Source of the DNA: Microcystis aeruginosa NIES-843
GTDB taxonomy: Bacteria > Cyanobacteriota > Cyanobacteriia > Cyanobacteriales > Microcystaceae
Length of the DNA: 32,000 nucleotides
NCBI RefSeq assembly: GCF_000010625.1
Contig: NC_010296.1
Location: forward strand, 4,620,001-4,652,000
Direction of reading: 5' to 3'
Position 1 is the first letter of the stretch. Every line of letters begins with the position of its first letter. A model generated the notes under the pieces. The model worked only from the letters and a program-made list of their open reading frames with translations. It made no database searches and was not told where the DNA came from. Made by a program: the position numbers and the translations under genes. Below are positions 9,151 through 18,355 of the stretch, in pieces.

Positions 9151-9456
9151 ATGAGACGCATTGATGTCATCGGGATCGGTATAGGGATGTTTGCTGTGGG
9201 CGGCATCCTCTACATTATCCTACAAAAAACCGGTTTAGATAGTGCTTCGGCGGGAATTTGGAGTCAAGCGGTGTTGGTAGGTGGTGTCATCGGTTGGATT
9301 TTTACCTATCTGTTTCGAGTCGCCACCGATAATATGACCTACGGCCAACAGCGCAAAGATTACGAAGATGCCGTCTTTAAAAAACGTCTGGAAGCGATGA
9401 CTCCCGAAGAAATCGCCCAAATGCAGCGGGAGATTGAAGAAGAAAAAACTAAATAA
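9151..9456 (+). CDS. small membrane protein, DUF3007-like
   Basis: 101 aa with two N-terminal TM helices and a charged C-terminal helix (YGQQRKDYEDAVFKKRLE). Its position right after ndhL matches the conserved cyanobacterial arrangement as I recall it. Confidence 0.55.
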   Translation: MRRIDVIGIGIGMFAVGGILYIILQKTGLDSASAGIWSQAVLVGGVIGWIFTYLFRVATDNMTYGQQRKDYEDAVFKKRLEAMTPEEIAQMQREIEEEKTK

Positions 9457-9775
9457 AGCAGTTAAAACTGATTTATCTGGCATCTGGGCTTGATAATAGC
9501 CCAATTTATCTGATTTAGTCCTTAAAGTCTTTAAATAATCGGTGGGAAATAATTCCACTGCTGTGTAGTTCTGTGAAATTAAAACAATCCTATGATGAGG
9601 CGTTTGTCAAGAGAACTAATGTTAAGATTGTTTTAGAAGGTCATGAAAGAAGCAATAGAAAAAGTCGTTTTAGCAATTAGGGGATAAAATTTCCGTCGAG
9701 AATAAAAATATTTGTTCCCTATCAAGTTGCGTCGATCTATGATATGGATAATCCATTTTTGTAGAAGCGTTGTTT

Positions 9776-11203
9776 ATGAATCAAAATCAGAGCGAGAACT
9801 TGGACGGACTGGAGAAATTTCTAGTTAACCGTCGAGCGGCCCCATCGTCTTCGAGCGGAAACAGAGAGCTAGATTACGATCGATTCTACGATGCTTGTGA
9901 CTCTCTCAAACCCCTGAAAATGAATGATGAAGATAGGAAATATTACACCGACTTCGCCAGTGTGAGAGGCGGTAAAATTATTGACAGGATCAAGAAAGAT
10001 GTTAAAACTTTGCAAAGAAGTGGCAATGATTCTAGTTATCAATTCTTTACAGGACATATTGGTGGGGGAAAATCCACCGAGTTAAATCGACTAACAGGAG
10101 AACTGCTTGAGGAGGGTTTCCACGTGGTTTATTTTATGTCTGATGAGTATTTAGATACTCATAACGTCGATATTCCCGATATTTTATTAGCGATCGCTCG
10201 TCAAGTAGTAGAGAATTTGGAAGAGATAGATATTCGTCTATTTCCGGGCTATTTTCGCCGATTACTGGGAGAAATAGCTGGGTTATTAACCACCCCCTTA
10301 GAACTCGATTCCGTCAATCTAAGTTTGGGGGTAGAACTAGCGAAAATTTCGGCAGAAATCAAGACCAGTCCCAAGGCTCGTAATCAATTGCGTACCTTTC
10401 TCGACTCTCGAACCGCCTCTTTAATTGAGTCCCTAAATGATGAGATTCTCAAACCCGCCATCGAAAAACTAAAACAAAAAGGGAAAAAAGGTTTAGTGGT
10501 GATCGTGGATAACCTAGAACGAATCGCCAATCAAATAATTCCTAACTATAACTGCACCCAACCAGAATATATCTTTATCAATCGGGGGAGCGTGCTGACT
10601 GAAATTAAATGTCATTTAGTCTATACTGTACCGCTGAGTTTACTTTTTTCTGCCCAAGCTGCGATACTTCTACAGCGCATTGGCAAAAGTACCTCGATTT
10701 TACCGATGATTTTGGCGGAAGAACGAGAAGGGACTGTTCACGAACAGGGATTGAAGTTACTCAAACAGATGGTGATGGCGAGAGCTTTTCCCGATGTGTC
10801 GCCAGAGGAACATCTAGAGCCTGATTTAATCACCCAAGTTTTCCAAGATGAAACCGTATTGAATCGCCTCTGTCAAATCAGTGGGGGTCATGTTCGTACT
10901 TTACTGTTAGTCTTACAAAGCTGTTTGCTGGATGATGATTTACCCATCTCACCCAACAGTTTAGAAAGAGTTATTCGCGAGTATCGAGACAATATGCTGG
11001 TGGGGATCGGTAGCAATGACTGGGAAATGTTGCGAAAAATCGATCGAGACAAACAACTCAGCAGTGACGTGGAGAATTATCAAGAATTTCCTCGACGATT
11101 GTGGGTTTTTGAGTATAGAGATGACCAAGGGCGATGGTTTGGCGTAAATCCCATGCTCAAAGAAACCGAACAATTTAAAAAAGAGTCTTCTAGACTAGGA
11201 TAG
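9776..11203 (+). CDS. standalone AAA+/STAND-like P-loop NTPase (~475 aa)
   Basis: Walker A GHIGGGKST at 10052-10078, Walker B LVVIVDNLE at about 10493-10519, and a sensor-2-like ISGGHVRTLLL, followed by a helical C-terminus. The ORF-track start at 9770 is TTG and the first ATG is at 9776. It lies 46 nt upstream of the giant gene on the same strand. Confidence 0.7.
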   Translation: MNQNQSENLDGLEKFLVNRRAAPSSSSGNRELDYDRFYDACDSLKPLKMNDEDRKYYTDFASVRGGKIIDRIKKDVKTLQRSGNDSSYQFFTGHIGGGKSTELNRLTGELLEEGFHVVYFMSDEYLDTHNVDIPDILLAIARQVVENLEEIDIRLFPGYFRRLLGEIAGLLTTPLELDSVNLSLGVELAKISAEIKTSPKARNQLRTFLDSRTASLIESLNDEILKPAIEKLKQKGKKGLVVIVDNLERIANQIIPNYNCTQPEYIFINRGSVLTEIKCHLVYTVPLSLLFSAQAAILLQRIGKSTSILPMILAEEREGTVHEQGLKLLKQMVMARAFPDVSPEEHLEPDLITQVFQDETVLNRLCQISGGHVRTLLLVLQSCLLDDDLPISPNSLERVIREYRDNMLVGIGSNDWEMLRKIDRDKQLSSDVENYQEFPRRLWVFEYRDDQGRWFGVNPMLKETEQFKKESSRLG

Positions 11204-11249
11204 AGATAGGCTCTCGTTCCCAGTTCCCTAACCCCACACTTTCCTAACC

Positions 11250-14200
11250 ATGGTCGGTAACTATAGCGATGATGTGATTATGGCTGACAATGATCGGGCG
11301 GTAAAAGTCTTAACCCGTGCTATTCGTACTGGCATAGGCAAGTTTTCTTTGAATTTAGCCCGTTGTAATTATTCTCAATTAAGAGAATCTATTCTCGATC
11401 GATTTCATCAAGAGAATAGCAGCTTCGATCTAGAAGAACTGACGCTCTCTCCACAAGCCACCAGACTTTTTGAGGAAATTGAAACTGTCTTGCGGCATCG
11501 GGAAAAAACACCATCAGCCCTAATTATTTTGGGGTTAGAACAAGTTGAAAGTCTTGAAACCCTTTTTTCTAATTTTAATCAAGTTAGAACCCAGTTTCAA
11601 AACAGCTTTCAATTCCCTCTCTTGTTATGGGTAACGGATGAAGTGTTGGTTTCGCTCCGACAAAATGCACCGGATTTTGTTAGTGGAGGGAAGTCTTTTT
11701 CCTTTCACTGGACAACCACAGAGTTAAGTGACTTTTTGCATAAAGCAGCGGATGAGTTATTTCGTGCCGTGCTGCAAAATGGGGCGATCGGTTTTTTACC
11801 CTACACATCTATTAATAGTACAAAACTGGCTGATTATCGTCGCCGTTACCAAGAAATCGCCTCAGCTTGGCAGGAACTAGAAAGAAGACAGATTGAATTG
11901 GAACAGAAACTCAGGGCTAGTTATATTTTCGCTCAGGGAGGAGATTGTTATGACCGCTCCTTGAAACCGCAACCGATCGAAATGCGCGTTGAGCTAGTTA
12001 AACAAGCTATCGAAAAATATCAAGAAAGTTTAGTAATTTGTCAGACAATTGCCGAAAAGACCGCCGAAGGAACTCTCGATTATTGCCTTAGTCTTTGTCA
12101 CCATCGTTTGGCTCTGTTAGAAAGCTCAAAAGCCAGAGAACATTGGCAAGAGGAGGAGAAATATCTCAGCAATGCCTGTCAAATCTTCGACAATAAAGAT
12201 GCCGAGATCGCTGCTAAATTACGCAATGAACTGGGGGGGGTGTTACAAAATCTGGAAAAATGGCCAGAATTGTCCCAATTGGCTGCCGACTCGATCGCCC
12301 TAGATAGTCAGTTACAAAATCCACTGCCTCTCGCCCAAGATTATAGTTTTCAAGCCAAAATTGCCCTGGAAAAGGCCAAGGAAACTAAAGAAAAACAGGA
12401 GGAGATACTAGAAGCAAGAAAGGCGGCTAGTTTAGCGCTACAGGCCTTGAAAAGACTAAAAAGAAGTCCGCAAATCCAAAGATGGCATACTGCCCGTTAC
12501 CTGTTGCTTCTGGCCCAGGCAAAAAAACATCTAGAGAAGTGGCAACTGGCGATTAAAACTCTCAAGCGCGTCTTGCAGACGATCGAGGATGCGAGAGATA
12601 AGCTGGCAGCCCACGATCACTATGAACCAGCACTACATATCGAAATTCTCGAAGAATTACAAGAGGTTTTTTTCCATCAGCGGCAATATGAGGAAGCTTT
12701 TCAGAAAAAACAAGAGATTTTGTTAGTTAAAGGGCAAAACGGGCTACTGGCCTTCGTGGGGGCTTCGAGTTTACGTCCTCCGGTTAGTCCCACGGGAGGA
12801 GAAGAAATTCCAGATCGGGCGATCGATGCCTCCGGTCGTCAGCAAGATGTGGAGGAAATTATCAGGAGGCTAAGTCCTCGGAATCAGAAAAAGCTGACGA
12901 TCGTTCTTGGTCCATCAGGAGTAGGTAAAACTTCCATGCTAGAAGCGGGATTAGTTCCCCAATTAAGACAAGAAATCTTCGAGGGCTTGAAAATAATGCC
13001 CTTATTCTTGCGTTTATCAAAAACAAGAGATTGGAGAGAAGAAATTCAGCAGGAGCTAGAAAAAGAAAGAAAACTGCTTAATATTCATGCTTTAGTTCAT
13101 GCAGAGTCAGAAAATACTGCGATCGCTACAGCTATTGAAAGTGATCCAGAAGCATTGATGATCGAGCGGCTGAAAAGTCAGCAAGATCAAGTATTTACCG
13201 TGTTGATTTTAGATCAATTTGAAGACTTTTTCTTTATTTGCAAAAATCCTCAAGAGAGGACGAGATTTTTTGATTTTTTAAAACAATGTTTCGGAATTAG
13301 CAATGTCTTGATTGTTATCTCGTTGCGAGAGGATTACCTGCACTATCTTCTCGAACTAGAGAAATATATTCAAGATAATCAGCAATCAGAAAGAACCACA
13401 GATGCTGATTATCAAGATGTCTTGAGCTATAAAAATCGTTATCCCCTTCATAATTTTACTAAGGAGAAAGCTAAAGAGCTAATTAGGGATTTAACCAGTA
13501 ATTCTCAATTTAAGCTAGAAGATAATTTGATTGAAAAATTAGTCGATGATTTAGCGGGAAATACCGAACAGGTACGACCGATCGAGCTACAGATCGTAGG
13601 AGCGCAACTGCAAGAGGAAGAAATCAGCAGTTTGGCAGAATATATAAAATTGGCAGAGGGAGAGAATAGCCCTAAACATAGCTTAATCAAAAAATACCTT
13701 AATGATGTGGTTAAGGCCTGTGGAGAAAAAAATAAAGAGATAGCCGATCTGGTGTTGTACTTATTAACTGATGAAGATGACAAAAGACCGCTCAAAACCT
13801 TGAAAGATTTTAGGGAAACTATCGAAGATAACGACGATATTCGATTGATTTTAGTCTTGGATATTTTTGTTCAATCAAAGCTAGTCGTAGTTTATAAAGA
13901 AACATCGGAAAAACAATACCAACTCCTGCATGATTATCTATCACGACTGATTCGAGAGCAATCGAAAGCGCGAGAGGAATGGTACAGGGCAAAGATTGAT
14001 AAAATTTCCAGAGAAGCGGCAGCAGCCGAAGCTAGGGCAGCCGCTGCCGAAGCCAAAGTTAAGCTACAGATAGATTTAGACGAGGCAATCAAGGCAAAAA
14101 ACGAGGCCGAACATCAGACAGAGAAGGCGAGAAAAAAATTATATGTGGTTGGTGCAATAGGTTTGATAACGACAATTGGCGCAATCATGTCGGGGTTGGC

Positions 14201-16631
14201 TTGGATAACTAGCGATCGTTTAACCAAGCAGAATAAAGCAGAAATAGATGGTGCGAGGGTCATAAAAAGTTTTAATTCAGGCTATGGGAATTTAGAGAAC
14301 TTGTTCTTTCGCGCCTGGCAAGCTGGACAACAGTTAAACGAACTTGTGAAGACTAATTCTTCTCAAGGATTTGATAGTTATCCGACGACATCCCCTTTAT
14401 TGGCACTTCAACAAACTTTCGAGACTATAGATAAACAGGATATTTATCGATACGATCTAGGCAAAGATGATAACGGTAAGTCTAGTAACATCATGGATGT
14501 TAATTTGCAACCAGATAAAAATATAGTTACTACTATTCATACTAATGGTCAAATTCTACAACGCCAGACTGATGCACAGGGAAACTACTCAAAACAGAAA
14601 GTGAAAGAACTTGCCAATATTTCTAATTTTACCTTTCAAGGTAAGAAGATAGAATTGAAGCAAATTAATCGCATTATTTTTAGTCCTGATGGGCAGAAAA
14701 TAGCCCTAGTGATCGGGGATGGAAATAGACAAATAGTTCTGATTTGGAAAAATTGGGAATCGTCCCCAAAAGAACCAACCCAAAAAGAACCAACTTATCA
14801 CTACGAGCATCCGGGTAATGTCAATCTTCTCAAGTTTGACCCAAATTCGCAATGGCTGATGACAGTATCGGGATCTCAAATTATTTTATACGATACAGTC
14901 AATCAGAAAAAAAAAGAATTCCTCTGGGAGATATCGCCAGAAAAACCGGTAAAAAACAGAATTAGTTTAGAAGATGTGACATCCCAAAAACATAGCCGAC
15001 CATCTCGACAATCATCGGGAAATCCATCATCGATAATTTTGAGTGCCGATCTTAGCCACAATAAGAACAATCCAAAACTAGCTTTAGGATTTAACAGTGG
15101 TGAAACGGCGATAGTTGATTTAAATAACTTAGCGAAAATTAGGACTATTCAGCCCCAGGTACAAAAAGCGGTAATTGCTCTAGATTTTAATTTCGATACG
15201 CAGCTTTTGGCGATCGGCTTTGAAAATGGCAGTCTGGTCAATTTCGACTTGACAAATAATGAGATCAAATCATGCCCATCGGAAGGACTTGTCTTCAGTA
15301 AATTTGAATTTATGCCCGATAGTCTCCTAGCAATTGGCTATAGAAATGGCCTGCTAAAAATTATTAGTAGAGAATGTCAGAAATTATTTCAATTTAAAGC
15401 CCATGACCGCGAGATACAAGGACTGCAATTATCTGGTGATCGTCAATGGTTAACTACCAATTCAGAACTAGAAGTGCGTCGCTGGAAACTAGACCCACGC
15501 CAAGAATTTGCTGTTAATCCTAAAACTTCCCTATATCAAGCGAGCTTGAGCAGTGATGGCAAGCTATTAGCCACTGCCCCCAATACAGGCATTGAACTCT
15601 GGAATTTATCTGATGAAAAAGAACCAGATAAACCATTTTACTCCCAAAACAAGTCTAATGGAAATACTGATCCGATAACCAGCATTAGTTTTCAACCTAA
15701 CAATAACCAGCCAGACCTTTTGGCCACGGGTTCCTGGGGGGGAATTCTTAGCCTCTGGAGGTTCCAATCACAAACTAACCACAGACTACGGGATCAAGCA
15801 GAGGTTTCTGTGCCTAATTCTGACCAGCCAAATTCACCTATCTGGAGTCTCACCTTTAGTCAAGATGGATCGTTGTTAGCAACCGGTTCCCGGGACGGTA
15901 TCATTCAAATTAGGAGTGTGGCGGCTCTCTTGAAAAATGATACCACTCCTCTTTGTCGAATATCTATCAATAGTGACGTATTGAGTATTGCTATTCGCCC
16001 CGATAATCAACAAATAGCTATAGGTTCAGCCAATGGACAAATTTATTTATTGAATTTACTTGATAATGGCGGATGTGTTTCTAATAAACAATTGGAACCT
16101 AAAAAGGATTTTAGCCATTTTGCGGCGGTGGTCACTGTTCAATACATACCCTATAAAGATAATCAATGGTTGTTGGCAACAGGTTCCGATGATCTAACGG
16201 CTCGTCTGTGGAGCCTCGACGGTAAGGAAAAAGTTAGATTTGAAGATCATGATGGCTCCGTAAGAGGAATTGCTTATCTTCCCAAAGACAAAGTTTTGGT
16301 GACCGCTTCCGAGGATCGTTCGGTGCGATTATGGACTTGGAAAGATGATCTCGAATCAATAGACAGTTCACAACCACTAAGTGGAGAATTAATCGCAAAA
16401 CATAATGGTCATATTCGACCAATCAGAGGTATTTTCTTCCGAGACCAACCTCGTCAACTCATCTCCATATCCACTGCACCTAAAATTCGTTTCTGGCCGA
16501 TTCCAGAAAGTAAGGATTATTTACATTCGCTAATGGATAATGCCTGTAAAGAAGTTCCTAATATGGAAGAAAATAAGCAAGAAATGGAGAAGATTTGCTC
16601 AAAAATACCAAAGCAGCCATCAGAACCTTAA
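11250..16631 (+). CDS. giant multidomain protein (1793 aa): degenerate P-loop-less N-module, helical/TPR-like repeats, nSTAND-like NTPase, Ala-rich coiled coil, single TM helix, WD40 repeats
   Basis: ATG at 11250. Walker A LGPSGVGKTSMLEAGLVPQL at 12909-12932 and Walker B VLILDQFEDFF at about 13203-13226. Coiled coil AAAAEARAAAAEAKVK lies at about 13990-14135. A hydrophobic 23-mer YVVGAIGLITTIGAIMSGLAWIT lies at about 14139-14211, preceded by KARKK. From about 14650 to the end there are repeated WD-type blades, for example LLATGSRDGIIQIRS, LLATGSDDLTARLWSL and VLVTASEDRSVRLWTW. Confidence 0.8.
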   Translation: MVGNYSDDVIMADNDRAVKVLTRAIRTGIGKFSLNLARCNYSQLRESILDRFHQENSSFDLEELTLSPQATRLFEEIETVLRHREKTPSALIILGLEQVESLETLFSNFNQVRTQFQNSFQFPLLLWVTDEVLVSLRQNAPDFVSGGKSFSFHWTTTELSDFLHKAADELFRAVLQNGAIGFLPYTSINSTKLADYRRRYQEIASAWQELERRQIELEQKLRASYIFAQGGDCYDRSLKPQPIEMRVELVKQAIEKYQESLVICQTIAEKTAEGTLDYCLSLCHHRLALLESSKAREHWQEEEKYLSNACQIFDNKDAEIAAKLRNELGGVLQNLEKWPELSQLAADSIALDSQLQNPLPLAQDYSFQAKIALEKAKETKEKQEEILEARKAASLALQALKRLKRSPQIQRWHTARYLLLLAQAKKHLEKWQLAIKTLKRVLQTIEDARDKLAAHDHYEPALHIEILEELQEVFFHQRQYEEAFQKKQEILLVKGQNGLLAFVGASSLRPPVSPTGGEEIPDRAIDASGRQQDVEEIIRRLSPRNQKKLTIVLGPSGVGKTSMLEAGLVPQLRQEIFEGLKIMPLFLRLSKTRDWREEIQQELEKERKLLNIHALVHAESENTAIATAIESDPEALMIERLKSQQDQVFTVLILDQFEDFFFICKNPQERTRFFDFLKQCFGISNVLIVISLREDYLHYLLELEKYIQDNQQSERTTDADYQDVLSYKNRYPLHNFTKEKAKELIRDLTSNSQFKLEDNLIEKLVDDLAGNTEQVRPIELQIVGAQLQEEEISSLAEYIKLAEGENSPKHSLIKKYLNDVVKACGEKNKEIADLVLYLLTDEDDKRPLKTLKDFRETIEDNDDIRLILVLDIFVQSKLVVVYKETSEKQYQLLHDYLSRLIREQSKAREEWYRAKIDKISREAAAAEARAAAAEAKVKLQIDLDEAIKAKNEAEHQTEKARKKLYVVGAIGLITTIGAIMSGLAWITSDRLTKQNKAEIDGARVIKSFNSGYGNLENLFFRAWQAGQQLNELVKTNSSQGFDSYPTTSPLLALQQTFETIDKQDIYRYDLGKDDNGKSSNIMDVNLQPDKNIVTTIHTNGQILQRQTDAQGNYSKQKVKELANISNFTFQGKKIELKQINRIIFSPDGQKIALVIGDGNRQIVLIWKNWESSPKEPTQKEPTYHYEHPGNVNLLKFDPNSQWLMTVSGSQIILYDTVNQKKKEFLWEISPEKPVKNRISLEDVTSQKHSRPSRQSSGNPSSIILSADLSHNKNNPKLALGFNSGETAIVDLNNLAKIRTIQPQVQKAVIALDFNFDTQLLAIGFENGSLVNFDLTNNEIKSCPSEGLVFSKFEFMPDSLLAIGYRNGLLKIISRECQKLFQFKAHDREIQGLQLSGDRQWLTTNSELEVRRWKLDPRQEFAVNPKTSLYQASLSSDGKLLATAPNTGIELWNLSDEKEPDKPFYSQNKSNGNTDPITSISFQPNNNQPDLLATGSWGGILSLWRFQSQTNHRLRDQAEVSVPNSDQPNSPIWSLTFSQDGSLLATGSRDGIIQIRSVAALLKNDTTPLCRISINSDVLSIAIRPDNQQIAIGSANGQIYLLNLLDNGGCVSNKQLEPKKDFSHFAAVVTVQYIPYKDNQWLLATGSDDLTARLWSLDGKEKVRFEDHDGSVRGIAYLPKDKVLVTASEDRSVRLWTWKDDLESIDSSQPLSGELIAKHNGHIRPIRGIFFRDQPRQLISISTAPKIRFWPIPESKDYLHSLMDNACKEVPNMEENKQEMEKICSKIPKQPSEP

Positions 16632-16642
16632 TTGCCAAGAAT

Positions 16643-17824
16643 TTAAACAATTCCTAATTGTTTCTCTAGAGCCTCTAAGATAATATCAGCAATAATTTTT
16701 TTGGTGTATCGACAATAGATTGTTTCTGTACTCCGAAAAGTGCCATTCTCATAGTATTTATTAGCGGGAGCGCCACCACCACAGAGCGAAAAATAAGGGC
16801 AGGTTTTTTGACACATTTTAACCCCTGCTTGGATATCTCGATCGAGTTTTTTAAACTTGTCAGTTTGGTCAATTGATCGCAGGTCGTGCTGAGTTATATT
16901 TCCTAAAATAAAATCGCCATAAACATCACTTTTCATGGATAATAGTTCTGGAGAAAAAGTCGAAAAATCCCCATTATGAGCGATATTAATCATGGTAAAA
17001 GGGGTGAATTGACCTTGAAAACTATACTTCTGACAGATCAGGCTGTAAAGATCATCAAATTCCCGAACTTGCAGGAGGTTTTCAGCTTCTTTAACCCTTC
17101 CATAGAATCTTTGCATAAAGTTGCGATAACGCTCGTCAACCCCGTTGTTTTGCAGAGAAGATGAACGATTTGTTCCCTCTATTTCCTCGATATTGAAACC
17201 CACATATCGAATCTTATTTTCGAGGAAAAAATCAAAAATCTCATCGGGATAATCTAAGGATATATCGCTCAAAACTGCGATAACAGAAAAGGGAATCTGA
17301 TTATTTTGTAGTAACTTGATACCTCTCATTGTACTTGCATGAGTTCCCTTGCCGGTGCGAGTTCTACGATGAGCATCATGGATAAAATCCGGCCCGTCGA
17401 TACTAACCCCTATTCTTAGGTCGTATTCTTTGATAAAATCACACCATTCTTGCGTGATCATTGTGGCGTTAGTTTGCAAGGAATGCTCGATTTGATAGGG
17501 ATTAGGATTAATTTCTTGATTTAATTTATCGATGATTTGGATAGCAGCAGTATAAAAAGAAATAGGCACTGTTAGCGGTTCTCCCGCGTGCCAAACGATC
17601 GTAAATCCCCGCAAATCAATCAAATCACTAGCAAAAATATTTCTAAAAATTGGTTCTATCAGTTCTAGGGATAGTTTGTATTTTAGCTGGCGATCGGGCA
17701 AGTAACAATAGTCACAATCTAAATTACAAAAAGTTGTGGGTTGAATAACCACTAACTTGACTGAACCCTTTTCGGAAGGTTTATATCCCCAATTGTCTAT
17801 ATATTGTCTGAGAAGTTCAATCAT
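16643..17824 (-). CDS. radical SAM/SPASM peptide maturase (anaerobic-sulfatase-maturase-like; GRRM/OscB-type cyclophane-forming clade suspected)
   Basis: CxxxCxxC motif (FCNLDCDYCY) at 17705-17728, GEPL, and a C-terminal auxiliary-cluster Cys pattern CQKTCPYFSLCGGG...YCRY. Two candidate substrate genes sit immediately upstream on the same strand. Confidence 0.85.
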   Translation of the reverse strand: MIELLRQYIDNWGYKPSEKGSVKLVVIQPTTFCNLDCDYCYLPDRQLKYKLSLELIEPIFRNIFASDLIDLRGFTIVWHAGEPLTVPISFYTAAIQIIDKLNQEINPNPYQIEHSLQTNATMITQEWCDFIKEYDLRIGVSIDGPDFIHDAHRRTRTGKGTHASTMRGIKLLQNNQIPFSVIAVLSDISLDYPDEIFDFFLENKIRYVGFNIEEIEGTNRSSSLQNNGVDERYRNFMQRFYGRVKEAENLLQVREFDDLYSLICQKYSFQGQFTPFTMINIAHNGDFSTFSPELLSMKSDVYGDFILGNITQHDLRSIDQTDKFKKLDRDIQAGVKMCQKTCPYFSLCGGGAPANKYYENGTFRSTETIYCRYTKKIIADIILEALEKQLGIV

Positions 17825-17989
17825 TTTTACCCGTGGAATTATGATAATAGTTCTCGCTAAAAATAAGATGTAAGGTTTTTGTGTGTCAGGAGTAAGTGTA
17901 TATAGACAAAAATTAGCCTTTACACAGGATTCAAAAATAAGAGGGGCTACATTTAAGCTATTTCAGGAGTGATAATTGCTCGAAAACTA

Positions 17990-18307
17990 TTAGTAATTTC
18001 CCCAATTTGCCCAGTTTCTCCAGCCATTGTACCAATCGCCCCACTGTGCCAATCTTTGTTCTGATTGTTCCTCTAAATTATCTATTGGTTTATTCGGGGA
18101 GTCCGACGCATAATCTTGACTGTTTAATTCCTGTTTATGCAATTCTAGCTGTTCTCTCACCCGATCCAAACGTTCCTGCACACCCAACCTAGAGGCGGCC
18201 TTAGCTTCTATTGATAAGACTTTCGATTGACCGTAGCCGAAAAGTGTTGCTAGAGTCGTAGTCAGCAAAATTGCTAGTTTTTGCCAAAAGTTACGTTTCT
18301 GTCTCAT
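17990..18307 (-). CDS. RiPP precursor candidate A (105 aa) with C-terminal W-x-N/D core
   Basis: ATG at 18307 with GAGG 5 nt upstream. It has a signal-peptide-like N-terminus (MRQKRNFWQK-LAILLTTTLATLFGYG...EAKA|AS) and the leader helix ERLDRVREQL. The C-terminal core WGDWYNGWRNWANWGNY is at 17993-18043. Confidence 0.7.
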   Translation of the reverse strand: MRQKRNFWQKLAILLTTTLATLFGYGQSKVLSIEAKAASRLGVQERLDRVREQLELHKQELNSQDYASDSPNKPIDNLEEQSEQRLAQWGDWYNGWRNWANWGNY

Positions 18308-18355
18308 AGTGCCTCGTGAAAATAATGTAATACATACTACAAATTGTTTGAGGAT

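Noticed and set aside
9235-9558. 107-aa - strand ORF
   Set aside because: It is antisense to the DUF3007-like gene and extends into the spacer, with no recognisable motifs.
13505-13795. 96-aa - strand ORF inside the giant gene, plus similar antisense ORFs at 9869-10057, 10961-11173 and 16234-16422
   Set aside because: They are antisense or alternative-frame ORFs within long, motif-supported CDSs.
16632-16642. Idea that the rSAM gene is co-transcribed with the WD40 giant
   Set aside because: The two genes are convergent on opposite strands with 11 nt between their stops. Any link must be functional or regulatory rather than operonic, so it is reported only as a speculative island-level hypothesis.
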